NCBI RefSeq assembly: GCF_009834535.1
Contig: NC_045696.1
Span: 76,572,001-76,636,000, forward strand
Direction: 5' to 3'
Source of the DNA: Camelus ferus
Lineage: Eukaryota
DNA length: 64,000 bases
Shown here: positions 25,356 to 38,724 of the stretch, piece by piece
Position numbering within the stretch: position 1 is the stretch's first letter
Layout of the letters: the number at the start of each line of letters is the position of its first letter
The notes under the pieces: generated by a model
What the model saw: only the letters and a program-made list of their open reading frames with translations
Told to the model about the DNA's origin: nothing
Databases searched by the model: none
Position numbers and translations under genes: made by a program

Positions 25356-26689
25356 ATTTTTGAGGTTCTGTTTCTATTGTAGTTTCTTTTCCTTTTATTC
25401 CAAAAATTGGGCAAAGAATGGATGAAGCTGTGAAACAGAAGGCAGTATAAATATTTATTGAATAAGTGAATGCACTAATACAACTGAATAATGGTAAAGA
25501 GCTAGACATTTGTTTTTACAATTGTATATTGTAAAGAAATGGCTTGGTATAGGATTATATGCATCTGGGAAGGAGTAGGGGATTTGGTATGGTTAGAAAA
25601 GAACAAGGACATTAAGTATTAAAATTATTAGGAAAGGGGAAAGCAAGAAATAAAAGTGATAGGTTTGAGATATGGGTAGAATTTCATAGTAGGCATGAAT
25701 AAACCTAGAAGATTAGAAGATGCATGGACAGCTTCATTATAGTAAGCATGTGAGGGACATCCATATTCTTTCATATTTTGTTTCCTCCACTGTTAGAATA
25801 CCAGTAGAGCAAGTTTGTCTGTCTGTCTTGTCTTTCTTTCCAGGATCTTGAGATTAGAAACTGGTGATGAAAAGAGTCCCTGCCTGTTCTAAGCTGTCTG
25901 ATTTCTTGGAGTAGTCTGTCCAGTTTTTGTCTGTAGAACAGTGGAAAGAAAAATAGCAAACCTTCAACCTTTGTCAGTGAATTAACTTCAGGCTGTTGAT
26001 AATTTGTGTATAAATACATGGAGTTCTCCTTTACCTTCCCAGTTCCTCTCATCTGGCCTAAAGTAATCAACAGGGTCAAAATCAAACCACAGATCCTAAA
26101 AAGAGCAAAACTAGGAAATGTGTTTAAAGAGCAGCCATTATAGTTTTAAACTTGCATTTGTCTTTGTAACAGAGTGGCACTGCAATGAAATGCTTTTAAA
26201 ATGTGTTACTAAGATGTGATAGTTATGATAATATGTTTGGGTAGTACAGTATTTCAGAGCTAAGTATGGTTTTAAATAAATAGTCATAGTTCTTATTCTA
26301 TAATACCCTTGGAACAAAAATTACACTTCCAGGATTCTGAATTTCAGCTATGGTTTGCGTTAGACTACCATTTGTCTTAGTTCTTCCTGCAGTTGATTTG
26401 TGAGGGAGTGAACAACAATCCATCGATGCTATTGTCATTGATTTTCATGGTACTTGTGCAGATAAGGTCTTCATTTTAACCGCTAGCCCCGTTGTGAGAG
26501 GGGTACATTTTAACGTATTTGCCATGCTTTGTTCTAGGCATCTTTCAGAATGCATGCCTTCTAGTGAAAGGAGATAGGCATCTAAAATAAATATCCACCC
26601 ATAGTGGTGGTAAGCTAGGTGGGATGTAGGTGATCTAAAATTTATCTAGGGGATACAGCATATCCAAAATCCTGAGGGTATGGGAGATT

Positions 26690-26960
26690 TAGGGAACTAA
26701 AAACTTACTTGTGAAGTAACACCCTAGAGATAAGAGAGTAATGGTTTTTGTTGATCGAGTAGCTGTAGGAGATGAGGGAAGAGAAAGAGCCATATTTCTG
26801 GCTTGGGTAACTGGGAGGACAGAGCCACACACAGAGGTAGAAAATGTAGGAAGAGGAAAAAGTTTGGGGTGGGACATGAGGTAAGTTTATGCATAGAAAG
26901 TTTGAAATGCTGTGGGGCCATCTAGGGGGAGAATGAAGTCCAGTTGGTTTCAAGTAACTA
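26690..26960 (-). mobile_element. L2 fragment
   Basis: tttctggcttgggtaactgg, aagtttgaaatgctgtggggccatcta. Confidence 0.65.
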
Positions 26961-27019
26961 TTGTAAACAAATTTTAAAAATATAGAGGGAAGAGTTGCTA
27001 TTTTTTTATTCCATTGTCC

Positions 27020-27295
27020 ATCAGGCTCATTGATTAAAAAATGGCTGCTGCTGCAGGAGGCATCCTGTTCAAGCGGAAGGAAGTGCTACATCTGTTGTCT
27101 GTTTTCAGGAAAGCAGAAACTATCCTAGCCTCCTCCCTTGCCCATTTCTGCTTGTATCTTACTAGCCAGACTGTATCATGTGGCTACCTCTGGCTACAAG
27201 AAAGGCTGAGTGAGAAAATATTTATCTGGACATGTTGCTGCTTTGAACAAAACTGGGATCATGTTAGCAAGGAGGCTGAAGACAACTAACAGTTG
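27020..27295. mobile_element. Old MaLR LTR (MLT1J/K-like)
   Basis: aaatggctgctgc...catcctgttcaag, gccagactgtatcatgtggctacctctggctacaagaaaggctg. Confidence 0.65.
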
Positions 27296-30200
27296 TTACG
27301 CGAATAATGGCTAATTAAGCAGTGACCCAACAAAGAGACCAATTGTTCCCTCTCTCACTTCAGAATTTTTAAAAAGCTGAATTTCCAGATAACCAAGTGA
27401 TATTCAATAATAAATTCTGGGATGCATGCCTATTGAAAATATTTTGGGCGTTAGACTTAAACTTGTAAAGAAAGGAGATTGAGGAATGTGGACGGTGGGA
27501 TTCTAAGAGGCCAGTAGGCAGTGTAGAGACATTTATTTAGGAAGAAGAACAGATTTTAATGATTGATAAGGCTGACGAAGATAGGGACCAGTTAGGTGTG
27601 ACTTTCGGGCTTTTGACTTGGATAATGAATATTAAGCCATAAGCAGCACAGTACTTGATGCAGAAATGGCTACAATACTTTCGTGCCTTTTAAGGCTTTT
27701 TGGTAAACTTCCGTAAGTAGGAGGATTATGCATTTTAAAATTGCATGCTCTCTTATGAACACTGATTATGTAAATTAAATAAATTTACCCTCTCTTCAGA
27801 TGAGGTCCCTGATTTCTGTATGTATCAGGTTTTTAACTATTAAAGCCACGTAGTATTTCAAGGACTAGTTAGTTGTTTGGAATACTCTAGGTCAAAAGTA
27901 CTTGGAAGCTGGATAGAGGTGGGTGGCAAAAACGTATTTATTGGTGAGAAGACTTATACTGTCCCTTGGGGGTGGCCGATTCCATCCTACCTGCAGCAAT
28001 AAGAATATGGACATAGGTCTCTTCCTTCTTAGTTAAGTGATACTGTCCTTACAAATTCTTTGTCATGTTGGAGTAAGAAAACTTTTTTTTGGAAACAAAG
28101 GCTTTGAAAAAGGGACTCAGGAGACCTAGAGAAGGAGAATGGTTGAGTTGAACCTAGTGTCTGATGTCCACTAACTCTACCTCTTATTAGTGCTGATTTT
28201 GGTCTCGTAACTTTTTTGAGCCCCAGTTAGCTTGTTTCTGAAACAGAGATAGTAATACCTGCTGTACAAGCTTGTTATGAGATTTATATGATACTAAATG
28301 CACAAGCAGTGCAGATTTAATATTTATGTTGTCACTTGTGTTAAGAACACTGAACCTCTGGGCTTCAATTTCTTTGTGAACTAGATTGCTTTTCTTTAAC
28401 TTTGTTTAACCTTTATATCATCAAAACAAGTGTTCTGTGCTATTTGTAAGATATTTTTTGGTTTGTTTGATTTTATGTCTCTTGCTTTTATTTCTCAGAA
28501 ATCAGGGCATTCTTCTTTCATTTGAGGGCTTTTTTTTTTTTTTTTTTGGTGAGCCTAGTTCTTATTTTTTAAAAGACCTTAGGATTTCAGAATTCAGCCC
28601 AGTCATTGGTTACAGAGGCAGTGAATTAGTCCTATAGAAACTTAAGTTACAGGCCCAAGACCACTAACACCCTAGAGGCAGAATAGGGATGCGGACTCAA
28701 TTGTGTTGTGAGGAAAGGGTTCATCAAACCTTCCCCTTCTATGGGTAAATGACTGTGGTTTAACTTTTAGCTGTGTTTCACTTGGCGCATAAAGGTGGAA
28801 TGTCAGCAGTATTACTGGCCAGGGTAGGGTGTGGCAAAGTGGTCGCTGGCTTGTGACATTGGGCTTGTGGATGAGTATGGGTAGGAGGATGTGGTACATT
28901 CTTTTAACTGAGCACATCCCTTGATGAGTTGTGTCTCCTGGAAGTTCTGCCTGTGAGACTCAAAAGATGATAACTCTGTGGAGCTTAGGGTTCCTAAGCC
29001 AGGGTGGTTTCCACACCCTTCTGTGGGGTTTTGCCCCGTTGTACCTCAGCAGTCGTGTGGTGGTGCTGTAAAGAGAAGCGCAGACTGTAGCTCCTGGATT
29101 GCATGTTCTGCTGACACCTCTGGCCTGATGCTACCTCTGTAGGCTTTCCTGTCCTTCTGAGTAAACAGCCTACAGGTGTGGCCTGCTTAGGTCCTGTGAT
29201 TCCATTAAGTCTGAATCATCAGGGTAGTTCTTTCCATCTGATTAGGCTTGAGATAGAGACCAGTGAACAGTCACACACAACAGATTTCTGTTTTTGTGAG
29301 GAAGATATCTTCCTCAGAATTTTCTTGAAACCGTTTCTGGCTTATTTTCCTTCTTACGAGGAAGAGGTAAGACTTTGTTGCCCACCCTGCCTCCACAGAT
29401 CCTGCAGCCTCCCCACCCCCGAGTCACTGGAATCTAGAATTACGTTTTATGTATGATACGTACAAGTTATAGAGATATTTTCATTTTTTCCAGGAGTTTA
29501 CAATTAAAGGTATTGAAAAAAGCTAAGCCAGCCTTTATAGTTCTACCTTTATACATTTTCACAAACTGCTCTCACTTGTCTCTTTATTATTGTTTCACTA
29601 AAGAACACAGTGGGATGAGGAGGGGAACAAGACCAGGGATTCTTAAGCATTTGAGGACACTTTGGTCTATATCCACAGTTGTGTTTGGTTATTTTTACTA
29701 ATTGAGTATTTTAAGGTAATGATGGGTGGGAAATTATATATAGTACTAGGTACAATGTAAGCATTTGATGGTATTTAAAAAATTGGGTCTGTTGTCTAAA
29801 CTGTAGTAAGACTTAAGTGACCAGGGATTCCATTTCGGTGGCATGTTTCTATTTTTCAGTATCCTGCATCTTGGAAAAGTTCAAAGCTGTTAACTTTGTA
29901 AGAATGCTTGTATGAAAAATAATTTGACCGAACAGACCCTGGGCAAGTTACTCAGTTCCTCTTATTTAGCTTATCTACTTTTTTGCATTTAATAACTTTT
30001 GTGATGGCCTCCATAATATTATAATGCTAAATATTTAAATTAACCTGTCATTTATAATGCCTAATATCTACCCTAGGAATTATACTGTATAATACATGGG
30101 AGATGTAGGTAATAACTTACATTTCAGAGAAAAAAATTAGAGTAATTGAAATATAAATGACCTATTTTGTGAATGTGGATGTAGGTACAGTTTCCAACAC

Positions 30201-32123
30201 TAATAAGCTGACACATAAGATAAGGCATGTCTTATACATGATTGGACAAATTCAGAACACAGAAAATACAGTAACTTCCGGAGTATCTCACCAGCTCTCA
30301 ACTGAAATACAGGCTATTCTGACCATCCTACTCCTGCAGTCTGAGAGCACCAACTACTTCCTTCCCCCTGAAAATTTTTCATTCTCCTCACCAGACTTGG
30401 ACTTTTTCTTTTTTCATAGCATTTACCACCTTTTACATAACACTAAATTTTAAATTCTGCTGGAATTTCAACTTTGTTAGGGCAAGGATCTTTATTTACT
30501 GCAGTACTTTAGTAAGTTTTGTTGCAATGTTGGTCATAGACTAACTTTAATATTAACAGTATCCGGTAGAGGCATTAACACTTTTCTTCTCCTTCTTTCT
30601 CCCCTCTCCTTCTCTTTTCCTTTCTCACCATACTTCTGTTGTCTATTGCAGGATAAATCTTACACTTAATTTGAAAAACAAAAACCCTACCCTTTAACTT
30701 GGCTTAGAGATAAACATGTGTTTTAAATTACATTGCTTCCTGGTCTTCTGAAGGAGAATCTGGCTTTCTCCTCAGTTTGCTTTTTCTGGAGTGACTAGTG
30801 CATTACTAATGGAGAGAGTTCATTTATAGCTTGCAGAACCTTTGTTGTTGATGGAGTTTTTGGTTACTTTGATATTAGAGACTTGGGAAAAGATAAGAAA
30901 ATTGACATATTGTTTTAAATATAAATCTGTCTATAGATAGTTTTATGAACTTGTTAAAAATAATTACAAATACACAATTTACTTGTTTCCTTCCCAGATT
31001 TATCTGTGGATTATATTATTATTTAGGATTGTTGAAACTGTGAAAACATCTTTAGCAGTAACAGTTTAGTTCACCTTAAAGAAGTGAATTTTGGTATCCA
31101 GTTGTCACTAGCCATGTCAGAAAGCTAAACTACAAGTTCATTTTCTCTTATTTTAAAACAGGCATAATAACTCATATTTCTTCTCACCCACTGCTTGGTG
31201 AACATTAGCTTGTATTGGCAAAACTTCTGGCCAACATTTTTCTTGCTTCCATTTGCTCTAGCCAAGAGAGTTCATTTCCAGGACCACTCTGTTATTTCTA
31301 TGCCTTCATTGTTCTCTTTCTTTGTTGTTTGTCTTTTTTTTTTTTTTAAATACTTCCCATTGCTATTTTTATAATTGCATGGTAAGTCATAAACAGTTTT
31401 TTTGCTTAGGACCTAAATTTTTATTCTTTGAATATTATAGTATTCTTAACCCTTTTGTGCCCTTTAAAGCTATATAAGTAGTTATAATTAGCTAATATTT
31501 ACTAGTATTATTTCTGTATGAAAATATCTTTAGGGATTTGATAGGATTGGTGCACTCTTGTTCAAATCAGTTTTTTTTTCTTACAATAATCTAAACTATA
31601 TTTGTACTTTAAGCGAAGCTATCTTAATGCTCATATCATCTCTGCAGATTGTAGTGTTATAGAATAGCCTCATTTCACAGATGCGGACATTGAGGACTTG
31701 CTCATGGTTAAATGGGCATGATGTGAAACACTTAAGTGTTTAAGTAGTAAGGGTAGAAATCTCTTGTTCTTTCCATTCTGCCTCCACTGCCTTTCAAGCA
31801 TCTGAGGATGGCAGAGAAACACCAAAGTTTTAATACTGTACTCTAATACTTTAATACTCTTCCTTTCTGATGAGACTTCATTATTATATATAGTTCCAAG
31901 AGAGTTCGTTCATATATATATTATATATAATATGTTTGAATGATTTGGAAATTTTCCTTCCCATAGAATAGTTATGTAGTTTTAGTGTAGAATGCTTGAA
32001 TAATTTTTTTTTACTTGGCCTGTTACTTTATTTGATTAAAAATTATTTTTATTTTTATTTAACCCAAAAGCATTATGCTCCGTTCTTCATCAGGATAATT
32101 TTGGATGGTCTTGGAAGTTATAT

Positions 32124-32327
32124 CAGGGCCAAAAAGTATTGCCTGCAACCCTTTTGTGTGTGTGTATTGGAATAAAGTTTTAGTGGAAACAGAAATGCCC
32201 GTTCATGTATATATTGTCTGTGGCTGCTTTGCACCATAATAGCAGAATTGAGTAGTTGTGACAGAGAGCAAGTGGACTGCAAAACCCCAAAATATTTAGT
32301 TTCTGGCCATAGTTTGCCAACTTCTAG
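32124..32327 (-). mobile_element. hAT-Charlie MITE, MER58A-like
   Basis: aataaagttttagtggaaacag, tattgtctgtggctgctttgcacc, gcagaattgagtagttgtgacagag, agtttgccaacttct. Confidence 0.8.
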
Positions 32328-33549
32328 ACCATTGCATAACAATAGCTGAGAAGTAAGATGGAGCAGTTGTAGTATTCATACAGTCCAGTGCTTTATTAGA
32401 ACTTGGGTGGTAGACAGGGAGAGGAGCAGTGTTTTGTATTGAAGTAAATGAAATGAATTCTTTAAGAAAGGTGGTCTTTCTTTTCACTATCCCTGGAGAG
32501 ACTGTGTGTGTGAGTGTATGTGTGTCCCTATTCCTTGTTTGTATGTTCTAACTGGATCAGGCAGACAACTTAGTGTATTTGCTGGTTTAAAAGCCTCATT
32601 TTAAACTTGGTGAAAAGGTTAAATTGAAAGCAGTTTGGCAAACCAACGTAAGATGAGAATTAGGCATTTTTTAGAATTATGAATATGTCATTCATTTTTA
32701 CCTTATACTGGGGATGAATTATGTTAGAAGACAGGATAGCCCTGATTTTTTACAGGAGTGTATTTCTGATAGCCATTCTCATAGAAACATGGTAGCTAAA
32801 TGAGCAATTTGTTTTAACTTACTGTAAGGACATTTGTTGGTGCTGTCTAGATTATACCAATGTAAAAAATATAAAGTCGAAGCAACCAGTTTAAGTTTTT
32901 TCATATGAAAATCTGTAAGGAAATACTCTTAAGTAAAGACACTCAAGAATGACACTTTTGAATCCTTCAGTAGTAGATAGAAATGTAACATTAAAAAATT
33001 TTGAACCTAAGATCTAATTTAATATAAATGTATTTTTTTCTCTTTCTGTCCACAGTACTTCAGAGTGACAGTTTTCATTTTTGTAATTATCTGCTGGCAC
33101 ATTCTTAATTAAAAAGAAAGTTAAGAAGTGTATTCCTTCCTATTACAAACTGAAAGTTGAAGACTTAGTTTTGAAGTGTGATTGAGAGGCTGTGCTTTAG
33201 TAAGGGGGTCAGGTGTGTTCATTGTCACTCTGTAGTCATGCTGGTCAAGACAACTCTCCTTTTCAGGTGCACTCCAAATCTGTTGTAAATTAAAACTTTT
33301 CCAGTGATGACCTTTCTTGTATGTGCATGTAGTAGTGCTGTTACATCAACTCACAGAAGACACAGCTGCACTGTAGAGTACAGAAGACTGTGAATGGGCA
33401 GATGGTGTCCTGTGCAGAAGTTCACGGACTGGGGGTACAAACAGGTGCTGCATTCAGGCCACACTGCCCGCCAAGCATTTCCCTGGTATTGGGACTCTGT
33501 CTTCTCAGAGGAAAGGCCTCCTTTTAACTTAAATCTATTATTTTAAAAT

Positions 33550-33725
33550 GATTTGAATTCTGTGCCAGGCACTGTTTAGCATGTTAGAAATACTAAGTTA
33601 GTCACCTCTCAAAATAGTTTATTCTACAGGTAACTAAACTAAGGCACCAAGAGGTTAAATAACTTGCCTTAGACCGTCTGACCATAGTTTCAGAGCTGTG
33701 TGGTTCCACAGTCCAGGCTCCTAAC
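33550..33725 (-). mobile_element. MIR SINE
   Basis: tgtgccaggcactgtt...aaactaaggcaccaagaggttaaataacttgcc. Confidence 0.7.
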
Positions 33726-35945
33726 TAATACGGCTTCTCTCTCTCTCTCTTTTTTTTTTTTTCCTTATTTGTCCTCCTGGAGTCTAATTTGCACAAAGGT
33801 GCCGGCGAGGTTATTGGTGGCCCTGATAGCAGACACTTGAATGCTGAAGTGGAGGGAATTGGACAGGGCACACATACAATCCCATAGTATATTCCCCTGT
33901 AGTAACGTCCTTGCTGTGTGGTGGAATGGGTTTTCATCAGAGTGAGCAGAAGAAGTACCTTTCTGTAATTTTTACCTGCTCATAATTTTGTCACACAAAA
34001 CTTAAGTCTCATTTGGTCTTTATGTGTCTTTTTATCTAAATGTAGGTAGTCAACAATGCTCCTTTTCTGCCTTTTTTAAAAAAAATGGTAACTCCTCTGT
34101 GTTTTGGCCTGTCTGGGTCTCTTTCTAAGACATACTCATTATCATTGTCCTTCCTTTTCTAATTCGTTTTTGGGGAGAGAGATTCAGTTTATCTTTTGTT
34201 TCCTATTGTTAATCTTAAAATCAAATTAAGAAAACTTTTAATGTATTCGATATAGTATGTTTCCCACTCTAGTTCTAGGAACAAAAGAACGACTCACTTT
34301 GCTGTGCTAATATTTGAAAAAAGTGATCCCTCTTTGTCCCTTCCCAACCCCATGGATTAATAATTAGACTGTAGTAAAATTCCCCATTCTGTCCTTTCCT
34401 GCCGCATAGTTCAGTGGTTCTCAATTCCCATTGGAATCACCTGGGGGAGCTTTGAAATTCAACTGATGTGCAGGTTCTGCCCTAGACCAATTAAATCCAA
34501 GTGAAGGACCCACTGTGTAGTTAGAACTGGAAAGGAATTTCTGTAGGACAGACTTAATCAAAGACGCAACATCCCTGGCAGAGCTATTCTCATTTCTACT
34601 GGGAATGGATTCTTCAGCAGCAGATTTTTGTGTTGTCTTAGCCTAATTAGCTATTCAAATTCTTGGTATCTTGAATCAAATATTCAACCCGTGGGAAGAG
34701 TAAGAAACCTAATAAGATTAAGGAATTATGTCAATTTTTTCCTCGTAACTTGTTAAGTGCCAGGGTACCTGCCTGTGTGATCTTTGGGAAATTTGAAATA
34801 GGGAAAGCTTGATTTTTTTTCTAATCCCATTATTTCTTAGGTCTTTATGCTATTTCTGCTGTCTTCTTCCACCCTTTTACTTGTTTCTTCCTCCTAAACT
34901 ACTTAAAAAAAAGAAAAAAAAGATTTCGCTACTATAATTTTGTCTTAAAAAAAACAATGTCAGATCAGTCATGTTTCTAGGACATCTTAAGTTATAAGTT
35001 GCACCGTTAATTTAATAACAGTTTTTTTGGAAGGGAAGAAGAAATTATAATTACACATTATTGATGTACTAAAACTTTTTTAAAGTAACTGACCATAATG
35101 TATATTCACACATTTTTATATCACTTTTCTAGTGTCATAATTTAAGTTTGACTCTGATCCTTTTCTTATATGTAGATTCTCTACCATTGAGAGTGATCTG
35201 GAAACTTTTGATGAGTGTATGTTAGTGCCTAAAAAATAAATTTTACTTTTAATAACACTTGAAACTGCCCAAACCAAATTTTAATTTTAAAAACTCTGTG
35301 GCTTTGTATGAGAGAGGCTGTTGTTTTTAGTTGGATTGCTTACTCTCTGACAGGCGAATTTTAAGATACTTGGTAAGGTTTTGGTCTTTTCCTGCACAGT
35401 AGTGGGCCTTTTGAGGGTATAAATTTAATATAAAATTCAACCACATGTGATACTGCCAGTGAAATTCAACTGAAGTGATAATTGGATGCCTAGATACCAG
35501 TGCGTGTTTAAATGTTCTTTATGTGGGTTTGTGGTCTTGTGTGTATCTTATTTTTAGAAACTTTTAGATCATAACACACAACTTTTAAATTCATTTTCTC
35601 CAAGTCACTTAACACAGGCCAGTGAAAATCAGAGCCAGTGATGGCAAAGTTGTTTTTGATCTGACTATTCTGCCTTTGAGCCTGATCTCAGGATTAGTTT
35701 TCTTAAGATGGCTCCTCTGTCACAGCTCCTTCCCCCTTTTCACTCACCTCATCTTCTAGCTGCCTGGAGTATAATGTGTGTGTGTGTGATTCTGTGAGAG
35801 ATGAGAATGGGGGGAGGAGAGTATAGGATGTAATGCTTTAGAGCTTTAATGAATGTATGGTATGATATTGCCGTGTTGAAGAAGGCAACTGGCAAAGTTA
35901 AGAAAGTTCAGTTGAAATGCTTTGACTTACACATATATTCCTTAA

Positions 35946-36028
35946 CATGTTGATCGCCCACTGTGGATTGGGTGCCCTTGAGGAAACATAACTGTCACCC
36001 AGATTTGGGTGATGTGGCGATCAACATG
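35946..36028. mobile_element. piggyBac-type MITE, 83 bp
   Basis: TTAA on both sides (35942-35945, 36029-36032); perfect 13-bp TIR CATGTTGATCGCC/GGCGATCAACATG; subterminal palindrome TCACCCA-gatt-TGGGTGA. Confidence 0.72.
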
Positions 36029-38724
36029 TTAAATTGTTCCAGTTGGAGGTAATCACCTTTGTTTATTGTGCTTTCAGTCTTGTGCTAAGGAATTTAATTT
36101 GAACTTTATTTGTGACTTTTGCCCAGAAGTGCATTTAAGAGAAATCTTTCTAAGCAGATTAATTATGATAGGATTGTTATGTTTGTCTCTTAATTATTCA
36201 GATAATTTCCCTCAATTCTCTGAATTTGAAAAATTCATTTGTAGCTTCTGTTTCTTACGGATACCAGATACACATTCTTGACTTTGTTACTGGCCACTAG
36301 GTTGTAGATTAGATTATGTCACTACTTTAAATTGTAAGCAAATGTTTTTGTTTGTACCTTTTTCTAGGGAAAGGGCCCAGAATCCGTTAGCTTTTAAAAG
36401 AAATTTGCAAATCAAATAAGTTTACCTCTGGAGACTTCAGGGTAGTATTTTTGAAGATTGGTCAGAATTTACTGTTTTACTCTTTCATATGATTTTTGCA
36501 TCTTAAAAGTCTATGTGGTTGGTAGATTTAAGATGTCTGCTGAATTAGCAGTGTCTGTTTCTATACTGAAAGCCTATTCTAAAATTAACCCTTTATTTAT
36601 TTTAGGTAAAATATTCTCAAGTATAGATTCAAAAAGCAAAGTTTTTTGTTTGGGGACAAAACCAAAGTCTCAAACATTTGTTTCATCCTAAGAAGCACAT
36701 GGGTCTAGTTTATGTAGTACACAAAGTAGTTGGTAGTTTTATACCGATTTTATAATGTGACTTATCATTGAGTTTTTTTAAATAGCAAAACATCAACCTT
36801 ATTGGCCATTTCCTGGAAGTGATACTAAAATAATCGGTATAGCCAGACTTTCTTAAGCATTTTTAAAATAAAAACCCACTGTTGAGTTCTTTCTTACCAA
36901 CAGAATTTACTTGTGCTGTAATTCAATATCTACTGTGTTTTGTTTCTGAATATGTATGTACGTATTCCTACACATACAGATATTATAACATTTTATCAAC
37001 ATATGTATCTCAGGATCCATATATGTTCAAGGCCCCCTTCTTAGTTTGTGATAGGACAGCAAGATGAACAGGTCAGTCCTTGGTCTCAGGAAGTGTGGTA
37101 GGCATGTTAAGAGAGAAGAAGACATTGCAAAGTTGTGGTCAAGGAGGCTGGTATTTCTCTCTTCAGATGGTGGGTGAATAACCAAGGAAGGAAGATGATT
37201 TGGGCTAAATCTTGAAAGAAGAGGTGGACTAGGTTTGTGGGCAGAACCATAGTAGAAGGACATTTCTGGCAGAGGAGTGAGCAATGTTATGGCACCCAGA
37301 GAGTGTAGAGAACAGAGGGATGGTTGGTGGTCAGTGTAGAAGATGGTGAGCAAGTGAGATTATAAATAGACAGATGTTAAGGACACACGTGGTTTTGTTT
37401 TTCGGACAACTTGAGCTACTTTAGTACAGATAGCTTTACTGTATATTCTGTTGGGTTATCTTAAATCACCTTAGACTTTTGCCATTCTTTTGTAGGATTT
37501 ATAATTTTATCTTTAAAATTCAGGTATTCATTTTATAACCTAAGAACTGTGTGGTATGCTTTATAAATTCACTGCACAATGGCCAGAGCATAGATAAATG
37601 AGTTGACTAGGAAAACATCTAATGGAGAAACCAATTTAATTTTAACTTTTTAATTTCAATTTCAATTTCAACTTAGTGCCTAGTGTGTTGTACCAAAAAG
37701 CCTTGGGGCTCACTTACCTGTCTTGAAGCACCAGAGGCTGGTGAGATGTTGTATGTTGATACAACCATCTATAATTTCAGTTGAGTGTGTGGTGTGTTTA
37801 ATAAACATTATTTTAATTCTTAGGTCTTCTTATAGCTCACCTACCTGGAAGTTGTGTAGCTGTGTTGAAGTTATTTAGTGTGGCCTTGGAGTTGGCAGTC
37901 AGCACAAATGAGGGTTCCAGTCAATTACAGATAAAATCAGAAGGGAGCAAACTTCAAGGGATTAAATTCTTTCTGCAGTTATTCAGTGTACTTGCCTGGT
38001 GTTACTGACTTAATTCACTTTTTGGTGTATGAGGAGAAGCTCCTACATTGCTTTTTGTGGCGTCAGCTTGTAGTCCTACAGACAAGTGCACTCTGTGCTG
38101 GCACACGGTGCAGGCTGCACTGGTCAGTGTTCCACCTGAGGGTCACCACTCTGACAGCACGTGTGAAAAACTACTCGTCTGTTTACCAAAAGGTTCTTGG
38201 AAAATAATGTGCTGTGACTCAGCAATGGAGAAGACTGGGTAAACTCTGTAAAGCATAAGCTCTGAAGAATTTAAAATTAAATAAGTTTTGATTGAAACTT
38301 TCAAAACCAGTTGTGTATTTCTATTTATTATTAAACAGGATATGTAGCATATCAAGTTATACCATATGGCTCATAATCATAAACTATGGACCTTCTGTGC
38401 TGGACCCTATTGCAGGGTTATTTCCATGAGTTGAGAGGAATGGGGATGAGTGCCTCCTTTATGCAAATTCACCTCTTGAGTCTCATTTTGTTCACGTGTC
38501 AACTTTTTAGGAATGTTGTAAAGATTCCGTGCCACCACGTACTACACACTGACAAGGTGCTGCTGTTGTTTATGACAACAGCTGCTTAGGGGGAGAAAGA
38601 GATTCACTCATGGGGACCTTAAGGGAATAAACAGCATTTCATACATGTAGAACTTGGTGTGGGAAATTTTTTAAACTGAATTTGTTTTAGGGCACACTGA
38701 ATATTTTACTTTCCTTTTTCTCAG

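Larger units (their letters stand above)
1..38724 (+). other. TBL1XR1: Large intron upstream of the UTR exon (TBL1XR1 intron 1, partial)
   Basis: No CpG island or coding exon; repeat-rich; ends in the acceptor at 38723-38724; L1 remnants are mostly antisense to +. Inferred from the exon identification. Confidence 0.7.

Noticed and set aside
34437..34450. CTCF-like motif tcacctgggggagc
   Set aside because: Imperfect match inside a MER5-like fragment; cannot be supported without binding data.
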